A DNA stretch of 64,000 nucleotides. Source: the human T2T-CHM13v2.0 reference genome, Homo sapiens. Below the pieces are notes generated by a model. It made no database searches and had not been told where the DNA came from. It was given only the letters and a program-made list of their open reading frames with translations. Shown piece by piece: positions 1-12,366 of the stretch. How positions within the stretch are numbered: position 1 is the first letter of the stretch; every line of letters begins with the position of its first letter. Both the position numbers and the translations under genes were made by a program. The stretch is from NCBI RefSeq assembly GCF_009914755.1, contig NC_060933.1; one strand, given 5' to 3'.

Positions 1-222
1 CTAGCCTGGGCAACATGGAAAATCCCCATCTCTACAAAAAATATGAAAATTAGCCAGGCGTGGTGGCATGCACCCGTAGACCCAGCTTTTCGTGAGGCTG
101 AGGTGGGGGGATCACTTGAACCCAGGAGGTTGAAGCCGTAGTGAGCCTTGGTTGCATCACTGCACTCCAGCCTGGTAGACAGAGTGAGACCCTGTCTCAT
201 AAATAAATAAACAAACAAAAAC
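1..222 (+). mobile_element. Alu (AluJ-like), cut by the window start
   Basis: End of the left arm, A-rich linker, right arm and (TAAA/CAAA) tail. Confidence 0.9.
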
Positions 223-799
223 ACTTTAAATTTTAAAATTCTTCACCTGGCATTTGAAAGCCCCTCACAATCTGCCCTTGATTATATTATCAGGCATATT
301 TCTAGAATATCACATTTTCCCTTGCACAAGCCGTCTGCTCTGCCCACCAAGCACCTCCTGCCTCATGTGTGATTCCATTTAGGTCCTTTCAAAGCCAAGT
401 TGCCAGGTTCTAGTTCCAATTCTACCCAACTCGCGTTTTCTGGAAACTCCGCAAAAAGCACTGTGCCTGCAGCTGCAGGCTATACTCTCAACTTAGCCTT
501 TTCTCACTTTGTATTCCCTGGGCATGTAAAATTTGTTAGGGCAACATCCTTGATCTTAGACCCTTTTGTGGAGGGAAGGAAAATAAATGGGGTAGAAAGA
601 GCTGACAAAAGCTTCAAACTTCTTCAGTATCTGCTTAAAGGCCCATCTCCGCTAGGAAACCAGGCCTATCCATTCAGCCATGGAGATCTCCTCCCCTGGC
701 TCCTATAAGTCTAATTATGATGACCCATACCACCGCCCAGCACCGACCTTATGTAGCCATACATTGACATGTGTGATCATGCTGTGTCCCCCCACCAAC

Positions 800-1460
800 T
801 CAATCTATGTCTTTACCAAATATTTAATGAACACCACCATGCTACCATGTTACCAGGTAGCAAAAGATGACCGAGACCCCATTCCTGCTGACAATGGAAC
901 TCATAGGAGAATCAAATAACAATTGTACTTGAAGAAATTGTCTCTAAGATAGTGCGACATGGAATTGAGACCTCTGTGCTCTGCATGGAAGACCCGAGAG
1001 GGCTGCTAAGGGGATACTGTCCTTGACATGAGTCATGAGGATATATATGTATCACTTTTCAAGTGGAAACAAGCGGAAAAAGAAAAAGGCATTTAACAAG
1101 AAGGTGTTTCAGGAGAATTCCAACTAATTCAGTATGGCTGAAGTACACAGCACCTGCAAAAAAGCAAAGGTGGTGAGGGTGGATCCATAGGCATGAGCTA
1201 AAACAAATTCCTCCTGTGTGTAGGCTCCTTAGCAGCAGAGATTTTTGTGTGTTTATTGATGGATCCTGGGTGCTCCATAGTGCCTGGCACAGAACAGGTA
1301 CTAAATATATATTTGTTGTATAGGAAAACAAATCAATGTTGGAAATGGATTAATAAATGTATGTCAGGACCAGAAGTTTGGACTTTGACCTAAAGGGTTA
1401 TTGAAGGACTTTAGTCAGCTCAATGGCTAGGTCATACGTTCATTTCAGATAAGCACGTAA
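800..1460. mobile_element. Degenerate L2 fragments
   Basis: L2 3'-end motifs such as 'tttaccaaatatttaatgaacacc' and 'agtgcctggcacagaacaggtactaaatatattt'. Confidence 0.5.
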
Positions 1461-2009
1461 TCAACTGGAAAACAAATGAAAGTATATAAAGGGGCTCAAT
1501 GTGAAGGCTTACAGAGAACACACAGACATCATCTCTTTATACATATATGTAATGTCCAATAATAAAATAAATAGCAATAAAAATTTAAAACACCAAGTAA
1601 AATTAAAATGTGCAAGATGTACATCTTTAAAAACAATAAAACTTAATAAAAGAATAAAAAGAAGAAGACTTGACTAAATAAAGGGAAACATCATGTTCTT
1701 GGGCAGGAAGTCTCATATTGTAAAGATGTCACGCTTCCCTAAAGTAATATATAAATGTAATACAGTTTCAATTAAAATCCCAGTGAGGTTTTGTGGTACT
1801 TGACGAATAGCTTTTAAAATTCATTTATATGTACAGGTGAATGAAAACGGCCAAGAAAAACTTGAAAAACCAATAAAAATGAGAAAGGAGCTTGCTTAAC
1901 CAGATCAAAAGACACCAAATAAATTTATGGTAACTAAAACAGTAAGGTACTTAGAGCAGGAACACAGAAATTGAACAGAGTCAAGTATCTAAAAACAAAT
2001 CTTGTGTAT

Positions 2010-2235
2010 AGTTAGCAGTGGTGATAGCTCACATTTATTGAGAGCTTACTATGTGCCTGGCATTTTTCTAAGCATTTTGTGTTACTCATTTTATTCTCAT
2101 AAAACCCTCTGAAGGGTGTCTTGTTATTATCCCCATTTTATATATGACAAAGCACACATAGATTATGCTACATGCCTATGGTTTCAGAGCTGGTGAGTGA
2201 CATCCAGGCTGTCTGACTCAAAAGCCTTCATTTTC
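2010..2235 (-). mobile_element. MIR
   Basis: 'catttattgagagcttactatgtgcc...ttattatccccattttata' is the MIR core in reverse. Confidence 0.7.
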
Positions 2236-2619
2236 AATCACAATAAAATGGTCTTTCTGCAGGTAAAAAGCAGAGGCATTCAAAACATAAGAGACAAATT
2301 TGACTATATAAATATTTAAGGCATTGATCCTGAAAAAAACAGTGTTAAATGAAAAGCGAAAAGCTAGGAAAATATTTGCAAAGTACGGGAATTCTTACAC
2401 ATCAATAAAATATGAACACCTAAATAGACAAAGTAAACAATCATTATGAACAAGACAATTTATACAAGAAGAAATGCAAATGGCCAATAAACATATAAGA
2501 TGCTCAATCTCAATGGCAATCAAAAAAAAGAAAATTAAAATGAGATGTCATTTTTCTCCCATCAGAATGATAAGAATTAAAGGTAGGAGCCTAGGGTTGG
2601 CAAGAACATGGTGGGAACA

Positions 2620-2851
2620 GTATCAAGCCAACAATATTGGAGCTTGAGGTAAAAGGAAAAATCAATAATATTGATTCTACCTTTATTTCAAATGTTGATA
2701 TTTTGTTCATCATGGACTTTTCTTGCATGAATTTTGATTTAAAAATATTGTATCAAAATATTTGTTTTGATTACTGAGGTTTGTTTATAGCACGTTAAAT
2801 TTTGTGTCCAAGGAAAAGTGCCTCACTCGTGTCATATTAGTCCCAACTCTG
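2620..2851. mobile_element. MER96B-like hAT DNA transposon fragment
   Basis: The terminus 'ttaaattttgtgtccaagg..aagtgcctcactcgtgtcatattagtcccaactctg' resembles MER96/96B. Confidence 0.55.
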
Positions 2852-3509
2852 CATGGACAGTCTGCAAATATAAATCAAAATGTTTAGGTATGCTTAGCCA
2901 CTACTAGCACAGCAATTCTTTTTCTAGGAATTTAACCTAAAGGAATAACTCATCAAGCACACAGAGATAAAAGTACAGAGATGCTCGTTATGGTATGACT
3001 CGTAAGAAAAAGTTGTAAACTATCATTAAGAGATTGGTTAAAGTATGATATATTTGTACGCTAGAATACTATACAGGCATTAAAAATGATGTCATAGAGG
3101 TGTGCATATTTAAAGGAAAAGATATCCGTGTTGCATTAAAGAGTACATAAAAAAGCAAGAATATGTACAATGTGTACAATAATTCCAATTATGCAACACA
3201 CACATGTAACTCCAAAAAAAGTCTTAAAAAGTAATAAGTTTTTATTGGAGTGACATGAAAAAGTAGCAAAATGGAATGTCACACTTCACACAGTCTCTCA
3301 TCATGGCAGCTATTTTATTTTCTCTCACAAAACTCCCTTTTGCTAACATACCCTCTTACAATTTTTTGACATATTTCAATTTCCCCATGGTAGCACGTAG
3401 TGCCTCATATGCCTGCATTTAATCTGCCCCCATGTTTTCAATTCTATAGCTCTGCCCATCACCCAGGAGGACTAGTACCTTTAACACATTAGCCTTCTTT
3501 CCTACAAGG

Positions 3510-4040
3510 CAGGTGTAACAGACATTTATTTTTCTTAGGGGAACTCCTTGGCTTATGAGTCTGCCTCCCTCTATAGAAGCCAGACTCTTTTTATTCCAGC
3601 CTCCCTTTCCACTTGAGCATAGACATATGACCTGGGCTCAGTCAATCAGCTGCCCCTGCCCAAGACTTGCAATCAGAAGCTAGTGACTGAAAGCAGCAGG
3701 TGCCATGTAGAATCCAGTCTGGTTGTGGTGGTGGCAGCTGATGCCTTCAGTTTTCAGAAGCAGCAATTGCAGGGCTCCCGGTGGAGGCAACCAGTGCCCA
3801 GCATCTGCCGGGTCAGCAGAGCAGGCTCCTGTACTGCGTTCAGTGGTGGGGCTGTTGTGTTTCCTCCAGACCAGCTCTGCAGTATGACTGGGACTTCTCT
3901 GGCCATGCAGCCTCCACGCCTGGGTTGCTGACCATTCCAGAGATTCTGTGAGTGACTTCACATTCTTTAACAAATCTCTTTCCTGCTTAAATTAAATGTT
4001 TGCTTTCCATTGTTTTCAACTAAGAATCCTCACTAATACA
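3510..4040 (+). mobile_element. MLT1 (old MaLR) solo LTR
   Basis: Typical MLT1 end 'aacaaatctctttcctgcttaa...ttgttttcaactaagaatcctcactaataca'. Confidence 0.7.
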
Positions 4041-4180
4041 TAGTTATTTTTGGTACTGCCATATATATGTGTGTATGTGTGTAGAAATCTGATTTCAACA
4101 CCCATTATAGCTTACTCTCCCAAAGAAAAACAAGTGTATAGGTTAAATCAAGTTGATATGCTTAGGGAAGCTTCATTCAT

Positions 4181-4397
4181 CTAGAACTGTATAGTCAAAT
4201 ACAATAGCTACTAGGCATGCATGGCTATTCAAATTTAAATTAATTAAAAGTAAATAAAATTTAAATTCAGTTTCTCAGCAACTCTAGCCATATTTCAAGT
4301 GTTGAAAACCCACATGTGGCTATGGGTACCAAACCGGACAGTGAGATTTAGAACATTTTCATTATTGCAGAAAGTTCCATTGGACAGGACAATCTAG
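4181..4397. mobile_element. MER3 (hAT-Charlie MITE)
   Basis: ~215 bp with 'aatagctactaggcatgcatggctattcaaatttaaat...ccacatgtggcta...gcagaaagttccattggacag' and ctaga ends. Confidence 0.8.
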
Positions 4398-4774
4398 AGG
4401 GATCTTGAGATTTCACCAGCCCACCTCACTGAACCATCACAGAGAGTGAAAAACCACTTTGGGTTACATGCATTGCACTATCTAACCATATCGCAGAAAT
4501 TTTGTGTCAACAGAGAAGTAACCTTGCTAACTAGATTAGAGTGTGTTTTACTTCTCTATTTAAATTATTCTTGTTTTCTTGCTCTCTGCCTCCCAGCCTC
4601 CCATTCTCTTTCTTTCCTTGCCAGGACTTTGAATTTTTTCAGGTTACTTGGCCATATGCTTTAAGTCTTCTTGTGATAGTATCTGCCCCACCAACTTTAC
4701 AGGATTGCTGTGAGCCAATAATATAATTTGGGAGGGAATTTTATATTCATGATTGGTCTGAAATGAGCCCTGAT

Positions 4775-4865
4775 ATTAGATGATTCTATGATTCAAGCCA
4801 TCTGACTTTGAGCAAATCACTCAACTTTCCTGGATTCCTGTTTCCTCACCAGTCAATTGAAGAAG
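4775..4865 (+). repeat. Donor copy of a 91-bp dispersed direct duplication (partner 6879-6969), MIR-derived
   Basis: 86 of 91 bases identical to 6879-6969 by manual alignment. Confidence 0.9.
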
Positions 4866-5814
4866 TTGAATAAGATAATTTCTAAGTTCCATTAACAACA
4901 TTAAAAAATTATCTTATTTTATATAGAGCCCCAAATACTTTATTTATGATCTCTTCAGCAGAGCTGAGGAGTTCTGATGCAGGTGGCCAATGATGAGGCA
5001 GGTAGAGATGACAATAATCAAGAATGAGTCTTTTTTCAGGATTTGATGGGCACTAGCCCATTTTACTAGAGGCAAAATGAATATAAAAGGCAGAACAGCA
5101 AAGTGAAAGCTTATACTACAACCTCTTTCTCTCAAATCACTCAATGGTCATATTTTTCATGCACCGTAGTTAATGTTTAAATGTTCAGAAGAAATTGCAA
5201 ATACGTGAAGTTTTTAATCTCTTTCTTTTTGAGATGCCCAGCTTCATGCTTGGCAATGCATTCCTTGCTACGGGAACACAGTCTACCTGAAAATGATTCC
5301 ATTGTTGTTCTAACTAACTATATGTTCTTCTAAAAAATGTAAACACATATTTCAGAGGTAACCCCTTTAGATCAGTGCCAGGTCCATCCCAGAGAAAACC
5401 TCTTGGGCCTCCGCAAAGGGCTTTCTATTCAGGAATTCAAATACACACGAGAGTGTCAACCTGTCTCTCTTGAGTCTCCTCCACTACAGTTTCTATTACC
5501 AGATTAAAATGTTAAGCTGAAGCTTCTTGAGAAGCAAGGGTATTCTAGGTGAGAATGTGTTCAAGTCTTGCAGATTGGATAGCTTAGAATATCTTTTTAG
5601 AACTTTCTATCAGGAAAATGGACAGTCCTTATTGTTATTAGGGAATTGTGTTATGATAACAACATTCATTAAGCATTTCTACGTGTTAAGCACTTTATAT
5701 GCATTATAGCATTCCCATTTTACAGATGTAGAAACAGGGATGCAGAGTGGTTTGGCAACTGCCTTGCCTTACATCTCATAGTTAATCAATGGTGTGAAGT
5801 TGAGAGGATTTGAA

Positions 5815-6070
5815 GCTTGGAGCTGCTGCAACCATCTTGCTCCTACTTCCAGGTGGAAAGTGATCACAACACACAGAAGGAAGAAGTAAAAGAAGCGAGC
5901 TGAGAAAAATCTCATCCTGATGCAGCAAGTGAGCCCTAAAATCAGTTGTGCCTGAAGCCAGCTCTATCCCTGCACACTGAAGCTTTGACGAATCAGTCCC
6001 AACCCTTTTCACTTAAGCTTTGGGTGTTAGTTCTTCTTTAATATGTACTCTCGAGAATTTTACTTGATCT
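5815..6070 (+). mobile_element. Old MLT1 LTR fragment
   Basis: 'agcttggagctgctgcaaccatcttg' and 'gtgcctgaagccagctctatccctg' MLT1K/L-like motifs. Confidence 0.55.
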
Positions 6071-6878
6071 AAACTTGTTTTATTTAATGTTACCAGTGAA
6101 AATATACATAACCTTATCCAAGGGATAAGTTTTAATTCAGGAGTGTGCAGAAAAATAGTTCAAATTTTTTTTATTGTGGTTGAATTTAAAACCACACCAC
6201 CCCCATTGTGGCTCCCATAAGCTGGCTGGACATGGAGGTTTGTATGTCACACTCACCCCCTATTTCCTCATTCAGGAACCTAAGCCCTGAATTGCACTGG
6301 AGAAATAATTTACTGTGGCATTTTACTGAAACATCCTGTGGATATTTTAGGTATTTGCACAGAGAACTTTTTGACCTTTGAATAATATATGTGCTGAGAA
6401 AGGTCTTGGGATATTTTAACAACATGTTAAACTGAGATAGTCCTGATGAGATTTATTTTGGTCTCTGTTGGCTGCTACGTTTTTTCAAATCCTGTTGGAA
6501 TTTTTAGTTTCTATGAGGACATTTCCAAGATTTTTTTACTGCAGCATATTTCATGCTATTTAATGGTCCCTTTATCAAAGATGACAGGCAGGCAGTTGAT
6601 AAGCTCTCCAGAGAGTGACTCCTCATAAAGCCTTTCCTCCGTTAATGTGCTAGGTACATTGCCACCGACTCCCATGGCCACCTGAGCCTCCAGTAGTCCC
6701 CTCCAACTTGATGTGTCCTAAAGTGGGTGCTGGGTACTTAAAATGAATACACAATTTTCTAACATTTAAAACCGCTGATTAATTCTCTGAAAACATAAGT
6801 GCAGGTGATCACAGGCATAAACTGGCCAGTATAGCCAAAGGCATCATGAGGATTGGATCGCTTCCACAGGCAGTGGAC

Positions 6879-6969
6879 ATTAGATGATTCTATGATTCTA
6901 GCCATCTGACTTTGAGCAAATCACTCAACTTTCCTCGATTCCTGTTTCCTCACCAGTTGATTGAGGAAG
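6879..6969 (+). repeat. Derived copy of the 91-bp duplication of 4775-4865
   Basis: Same alignment; followed by AT-rich filler at 6970-7000. Confidence 0.9.
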
Positions 6970-9900
6970 CAAATATTAATTAGATTAATTAATTGAAGAA
7001 ATAAATATGATCAGACTTTCCCCAACAGCCGCTTGGTAGAGGAGGCCAGAAGTAATTCTGTCAGTGCGGTATGACAGACTGCAGCTTAAACAGAGGATTA
7101 ATTGAAGGTGCATGCATTTAAACCACAAGGTGCATATTCTCCCAGAATGCAGGATGGTTCCTAGGCTAGGGTTTGGTATCTTTGAAGGACCTGTTTAAAT
7201 TTCTGTGCAAGTAGGCTGCCAGGAAATACATTCCTGCCCCGGAGGACACTTTGTCTCCTACAGAAAGGAACTAGCATTGTGGAAATTTGTGGGTGAGAAT
7301 GCAATAGGTTGATTCTAAATTATGTTAACTGGATTTTCTTCCAAATTAATAAAAGAGCATGGACTGGACCTGATTGCTCATTGCTGAGTTCCTAGAAATG
7401 ATCACTTGTTTGCATACAACAAGCGTGTACTAATTATTTCTTGAGTGAACAAATGTGCTAAAGTGGTGAGCAAATGTCTTGAGGAGACAGAAGTTACCTT
7501 GCAAAGGAGACTTTTGGAACTGGGTGTTCAAGAATGAGTAGGGGCTCTCTTGATGAAAGGAAAGAGGAGTAATAGGAGAAAAAGAATTGTAGTCAAGGAA
7601 ACAGAATGCACAAGGGAATGGAGACATGGATTTCAAGCTTCTAGTAATTCATAGCAGGAATCTATAAGGAAAATCTTGCACAAAGTTATGAATGACAAAC
7701 CTTCACAATAAAAGTGCAAACAAAATCCCAATTCATAAATGTCTTGCTGTGAATATTGGTCAGAAGCTGGACTTTCGCCAAAACATAAGCATTATACTAG
7801 GTCAATTACCTTTGTGAGGTGATGAAACATTTCTAGAAGTTGGCAGGGTCCTCCGTGCTGGTTTTATAGGCTATTGCATAATGTCAACTTATTCTAGAAT
7901 GTTGCCTGAGGCTGCATCACTGGGATTCAAGGATTGGTCAGGAACATACATTAACCGTCTGTGTTTGATAAAGTGGGAAATTCTTCTACAATTGGTCTTT
8001 GGCTGATTGCTGTGTTTTTGCCAGTAGTGTACTTCTGACAGTTTGGATTTGGCTTAAGAAATCTAAGACAATTTTTAGAAATCAATGTGTCTTAGAAACC
8101 ATTAAACACATTTATCTCCTTTTATAAGTTTAGGATATGAATAAGAAGAGTCCTTAAGGAATGATAATCACCCTTTTCTCAGGCCAATGGGATGTGTTGC
8201 AAAAGAGAATGGGGATAATCTCCAAAGATGTTAGGCTGCTGGGCACACCAGAGCATATTCCCTACTCAAGCAAGGGTGGAGATGTCTGCAATCTTTCTAA
8301 CCAACAACATATCTTGAATAGCGCTCATTTGCCAGTGGAAAAAAAAAAAGGATAACATAACATCCCTTATACTAATTAACAAACCATCTGGTGCATATTT
8401 AGATAACTATTCCTGAAGTGCTTTCCTTTGCTTTCCAACCGGGGACTGTCAAATGCTAACCAACCATCCTGAAGCATGAATTGTGTGAATTTCTTATTAG
8501 GAAATGCAGATGTTAAACTAATTACACCTGGAGTGTATATTGACGTTAACTTATATACATGTATACATACAGACACCCACTGTCTATGCTGAACTACTCT
8601 GAAGTAATTACAGAGGAGATTGTGTCTTAATTCCTGATTTTTTCCTAATGGTTCCATCTCTACCTCTACTGCCAGCAAATAATGGAATCAATAAGGCTGC
8701 ATGAATTAACCAACTTATACTGGACATGATTTTGCTCTTTTCTGTGTCAAATGATGCAGTTGTCAAACTTCTTATAGTAGTTTAGTTCTCAACAAATTCA
8801 TTCGTTATCCTGTTGATCTCATCTTCCTACTCTTCTGAAAATGAAGAAAAGTAAACTGAAGAAAAAAACTAGTCATGGCTCCAATACCCTAACACAATCA
8901 CCTTTTGAATCCAGTAAAAAGAATGGTGAACTAGAATGTTTAAACTGGAGTGAAATTGTAAATTAAAATATGCTTTTCTTTGTATAGTCTGATTGCCTGA
9001 TTATCTTTTACCTCAGTGGACATTAGGGGTGAGTTATGTTACATCTAATTTATTACCAATGCTATTATTATTAATAGTAGTATTTCTTGACTATAAACAA
9101 TAATTTATAATTTATAAGTAAATAGTATTATTTATGAAATGCTGAACATTGTGAAAAATTTTGTAATATAAACTGGAATAGAATAAGCATGTTATACTCC
9201 TACACATGTTCTCAGGTGAGGAAATGTTGAAGTTAGCCATGGTGCAGGTTAATATTCATATGTGTGGCATGTGCATCAGGGGAGAAGAGAGGGTAAGATC
9301 TGTGTCTTGTTTTGGCCTGAGATGCTTATGTATGAGATGACATTGGCTTTGATTCTGCTCCAGCCACAGAGCTGGATGGGGACTGTGGATGGTGCCACAA
9401 ATAACGTCCTGGCCAGATTTCAGCCAGGTCTGCGATTTGAGAAGCTGGGTACTTTCGTGCCTTCAGCAGGAGCCACTTTGGCAGGAAGGACAATGAGACA
9501 GGAAGACCCCAACGAGACCTGTCTTCCTCAAAGCAAATTCAAATTACCTGCGTCATTATGTGCAGGGCTGGAAATTGTGCAAAGACCAATGTACAGATCA
9601 ATGGAAGTGAAAGACATTGCACGTAAGAATAGCATTCCTTCCACGTGTACCTAGCTCTGTGGTTTCCCCAAAGCTCTCAGGTATATTGCCTCAGAAGGCT
9701 GGGAAGGTAGTGTGCTGTGATGGGAATAGCACCAGCTTTGGAGTCAAACAGTCTGAAAGCTCAGCTGTGTCTTCACTGTGTCCCTGCATGTTCATTATTT
9801 ATAATAACATATCCATGACAAGGTTCCTGTGATGATTAATGAGGTATCTTTGGGGGAAAATAGCTTTTATTTATAATTGATTGCTGTCACCTAAGAATGG

Positions 9901-10000
9901 GTGGATGACAGTAGTTGGAAGACTTTTTGTTTGTTTATTAGATTGATGGGTGGTGGGCACGCAAGGTTAGACTAGTTAGGAAAGAGCTAAATTGTTTCCA

Positions 10001-10520
10001 CTCATTCATTCAACACATGGATATTTGGGATATAGATGAACAAGGCAGACAAAGACCCTGATGATACGGTGATTACCTTCTAGTTGGGGAAAGACAGATA
10101 ATAAAGAAATAGTCAAATAGAAAAACCATATAATGCGGGTAATGATGAGTGCTATGGAGAAAAAGAAAGTCAGGGGAGGGGTTAGAGAATGGCTGAAATG
10201 GAAAGGGTAGCAGGGAGAAGGTCTCCCTTTCAAGATGCTCAGAGAAGTCCTCTTTCTGAGGTGGTGGAGCAAGTTGTGCAAAATTCAGTGTTGAAGAGTG
10301 TTCCTGGCAGAGGTTGCTGAGGTATAAAGACCCTGCAGTGGGCATGGGGTGGGTATGTGTGACAAATTCCCCAGGGAGATCAAGGGATCAGGAGTAGAAT
10401 GAGGCATGCATGGTAAGAAGTGAGTTCTGAGAGGTAGACAGGACCCAGATAATATTGAGAGGCTCAAGTTAGGGGTTCAGATTATATTCTATAGGGGCTG
10501 GGAAGCCATTGAAATGATTT
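10001..10520 (-). mobile_element. L2 3' fragment
   Basis: 'cattcattcaacac...aacaaggcagacaaagaccctg...gggaagccattgaa'. Confidence 0.7.
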
Positions 10521-11804
10521 GAAAAGAATGATTCCATTAATGTATATAAGAAAAGGGCAGGGATTTAGAGGCCTAGAAGGAAGAATGAGGAAACTAGAAT
10601 GGGAAATAGAGTAATTTAGATGCATCCTGGAAAGGGGTTGAGGGAAAAATATATCCCTTACCTTATCTTCCCACTGGCTTGGTCAAAGAGGGTCGTTGGG
10701 GAGAAGAGAAGTGACAAAAGAACATTTGTTAGATTGTTCAAAGTATGGTGTATAATGAGAGCTCTTGCCTCTATCTCTGCTACAGAATCTTCAAGAAATC
10801 TCACACTGGTTAACAATACTTTAGGGTGAGTAGATCCTGAATGGTGAGTGGGAGGAAGTGTTGTGTCTGGCTTAATGGCTAGGCAGAGTGAGAACAGAGG
10901 CTGGAACACACGTGGAAATACCCTGGTGTGGTACAAAGCAGAGACTCAAGAAGTGTGCCTTTCCCCTTCCGTAGTCCTTACTTCGTTTTCAATCTGTGTG
11001 TAGGGCCATCTCCTTGTTTATGGAATGACATTCAACCAGCCTGAGTTCCTTTCAAGGCTGTCAGTTTATAACCCTATGGCCTATGGCTTTTATCTCCCAG
11101 ACAAGGGAACTCTCTCTAAATGTAATTTTTCCCTCAATTTTAATCACAGCATTTAATGTAATCATTTGGGGGAATCAATCTGAAAATCATCAGGGATTCT
11201 TTTTTCTTTTTACTGCTACCACGAATAGTGATTGTGCAACAGAGTTGGGGAAAGACTTTTGTTTTTGATGTTGCAATAGCAGGAAATAGAAAGTTGCTGC
11301 TGTCAGCCACTTGGTCAGAGTTACATTTCTTTTGCACCACAAAAGAAGACTTGTAGGAGACTGGAATATGGTTCCAGGTAACCCAACTATACATTCAATG
11401 ATGAATGCACCACTGCAAAGGAGAGGTGTGGCCATTGTTGAGTAATTTGATGAAAGAACAACTAAAACAGATTCTAGATGATTTAACCTTGACTTAAAGT
11501 AAGCCCGAGGGGGAGACCATAATTATAACTAACTTCCATTTTTCTTGGCAGAGTCTACAGTCCATTTTGTTTTCATTTCATTTAAAGTATTCCCACTACT
11601 GGATTATCTCCATTTTAGATCAATAATCCTCTTCCTCCCTTTGCAGTGGCTTTAAATGTTTTAAGAATTTGTAGTCATTTTTTTTTTAAGCTATCCTGAG
11701 GAATCAATCTAGACTATCACTTAGGAACAAGAAATGCATCATAACTGGCATCTTGCAGCTAGTATAAAGAGAGTAAATTACAAATTAAATATTGAAACTA
11801 ACAT

Positions 11805-12012
11805 TGAACTGTGCTGATAGATAGCCAATAGGCACATTTGTCAATTTAAATTTAAATGAATTACAATTAAATAATATTAAAATTCAGTCCTTTATTTGTC
11901 ACATTTCAGGTGCTCAAAACAGCCACATGTGTCTAGTGTCTACCACATTGATGTAATAGATATGGAATATTTTCCTCTTTGCAGACAATTCAATTGGACA
12001 GCCTGATTTAGG
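11805..12012. mobile_element. MER3
   Basis: Same MER3 motifs as 4181-4397 but independently diverged. Confidence 0.7.
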
Positions 12013-12300
12013 AATTTTAATAGTTGGAGTCAAGAGAAGAGTCCTTTAGAGTGTATAAAGAGGCAGGAGAGTCTCATCAAACAGATTCCATGACATTTTA
12101 ATTTCATTAAACATGACTTCTTCAGCAACGGATCCATGTGTTAGAACCAATTAGCTATCCCAAAGGAAGAAAAGTGAAGATAACTTTCCCACAATTTCCA
12201 ATGTGTTAGTATTGCCCAGATTGTAGGTTACTTTGCAAAATGGCCAAAAGCATTTGCAGCACACGGAAAGAGGGTCCCTCTGCCAAATAATCACGAGGAC

Positions 12301-12366
12301 CTTCCCCTCCCTGGAGAAATAGATTGAAACCTCTTCCCCTCCCTGGAGAAATAGATCCAAGCCTCT
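12301..12366. repeat. 32-bp tandem duplication
   Basis: cttcccctccctggagaaatagat at 12301-12324 and 12333-12356. Confidence 0.85.

Larger units (their letters stand above)
1560..3210 (+). mobile_element. Old L1M (L1MC/ME-like) ORF2 and 3' fragments, interrupted by MIR and MER96B-like inserts
   Basis: A-rich L1 motifs 'catgttcttgggcaggaagtctcatattgtaaagatgtc', 'gaaatgcaaatggccaataaacatat' and 'gaatactatacaggcattaaaaatgat'. Confidence 0.7.

Noticed and set aside
9262-9654. 130-aa ORF in unique sequence (also 20155..20499 and 47900..48319)
   Set aside because: No recognisable domain or convincing splice or Kozak context, and the length is within chance range for 64 kb.
4181-12012. Similarity between 4181-4397 and 11805-12012
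   Set aside because: Two independent MER3 copies; the flanks are not shared and divergence is high.
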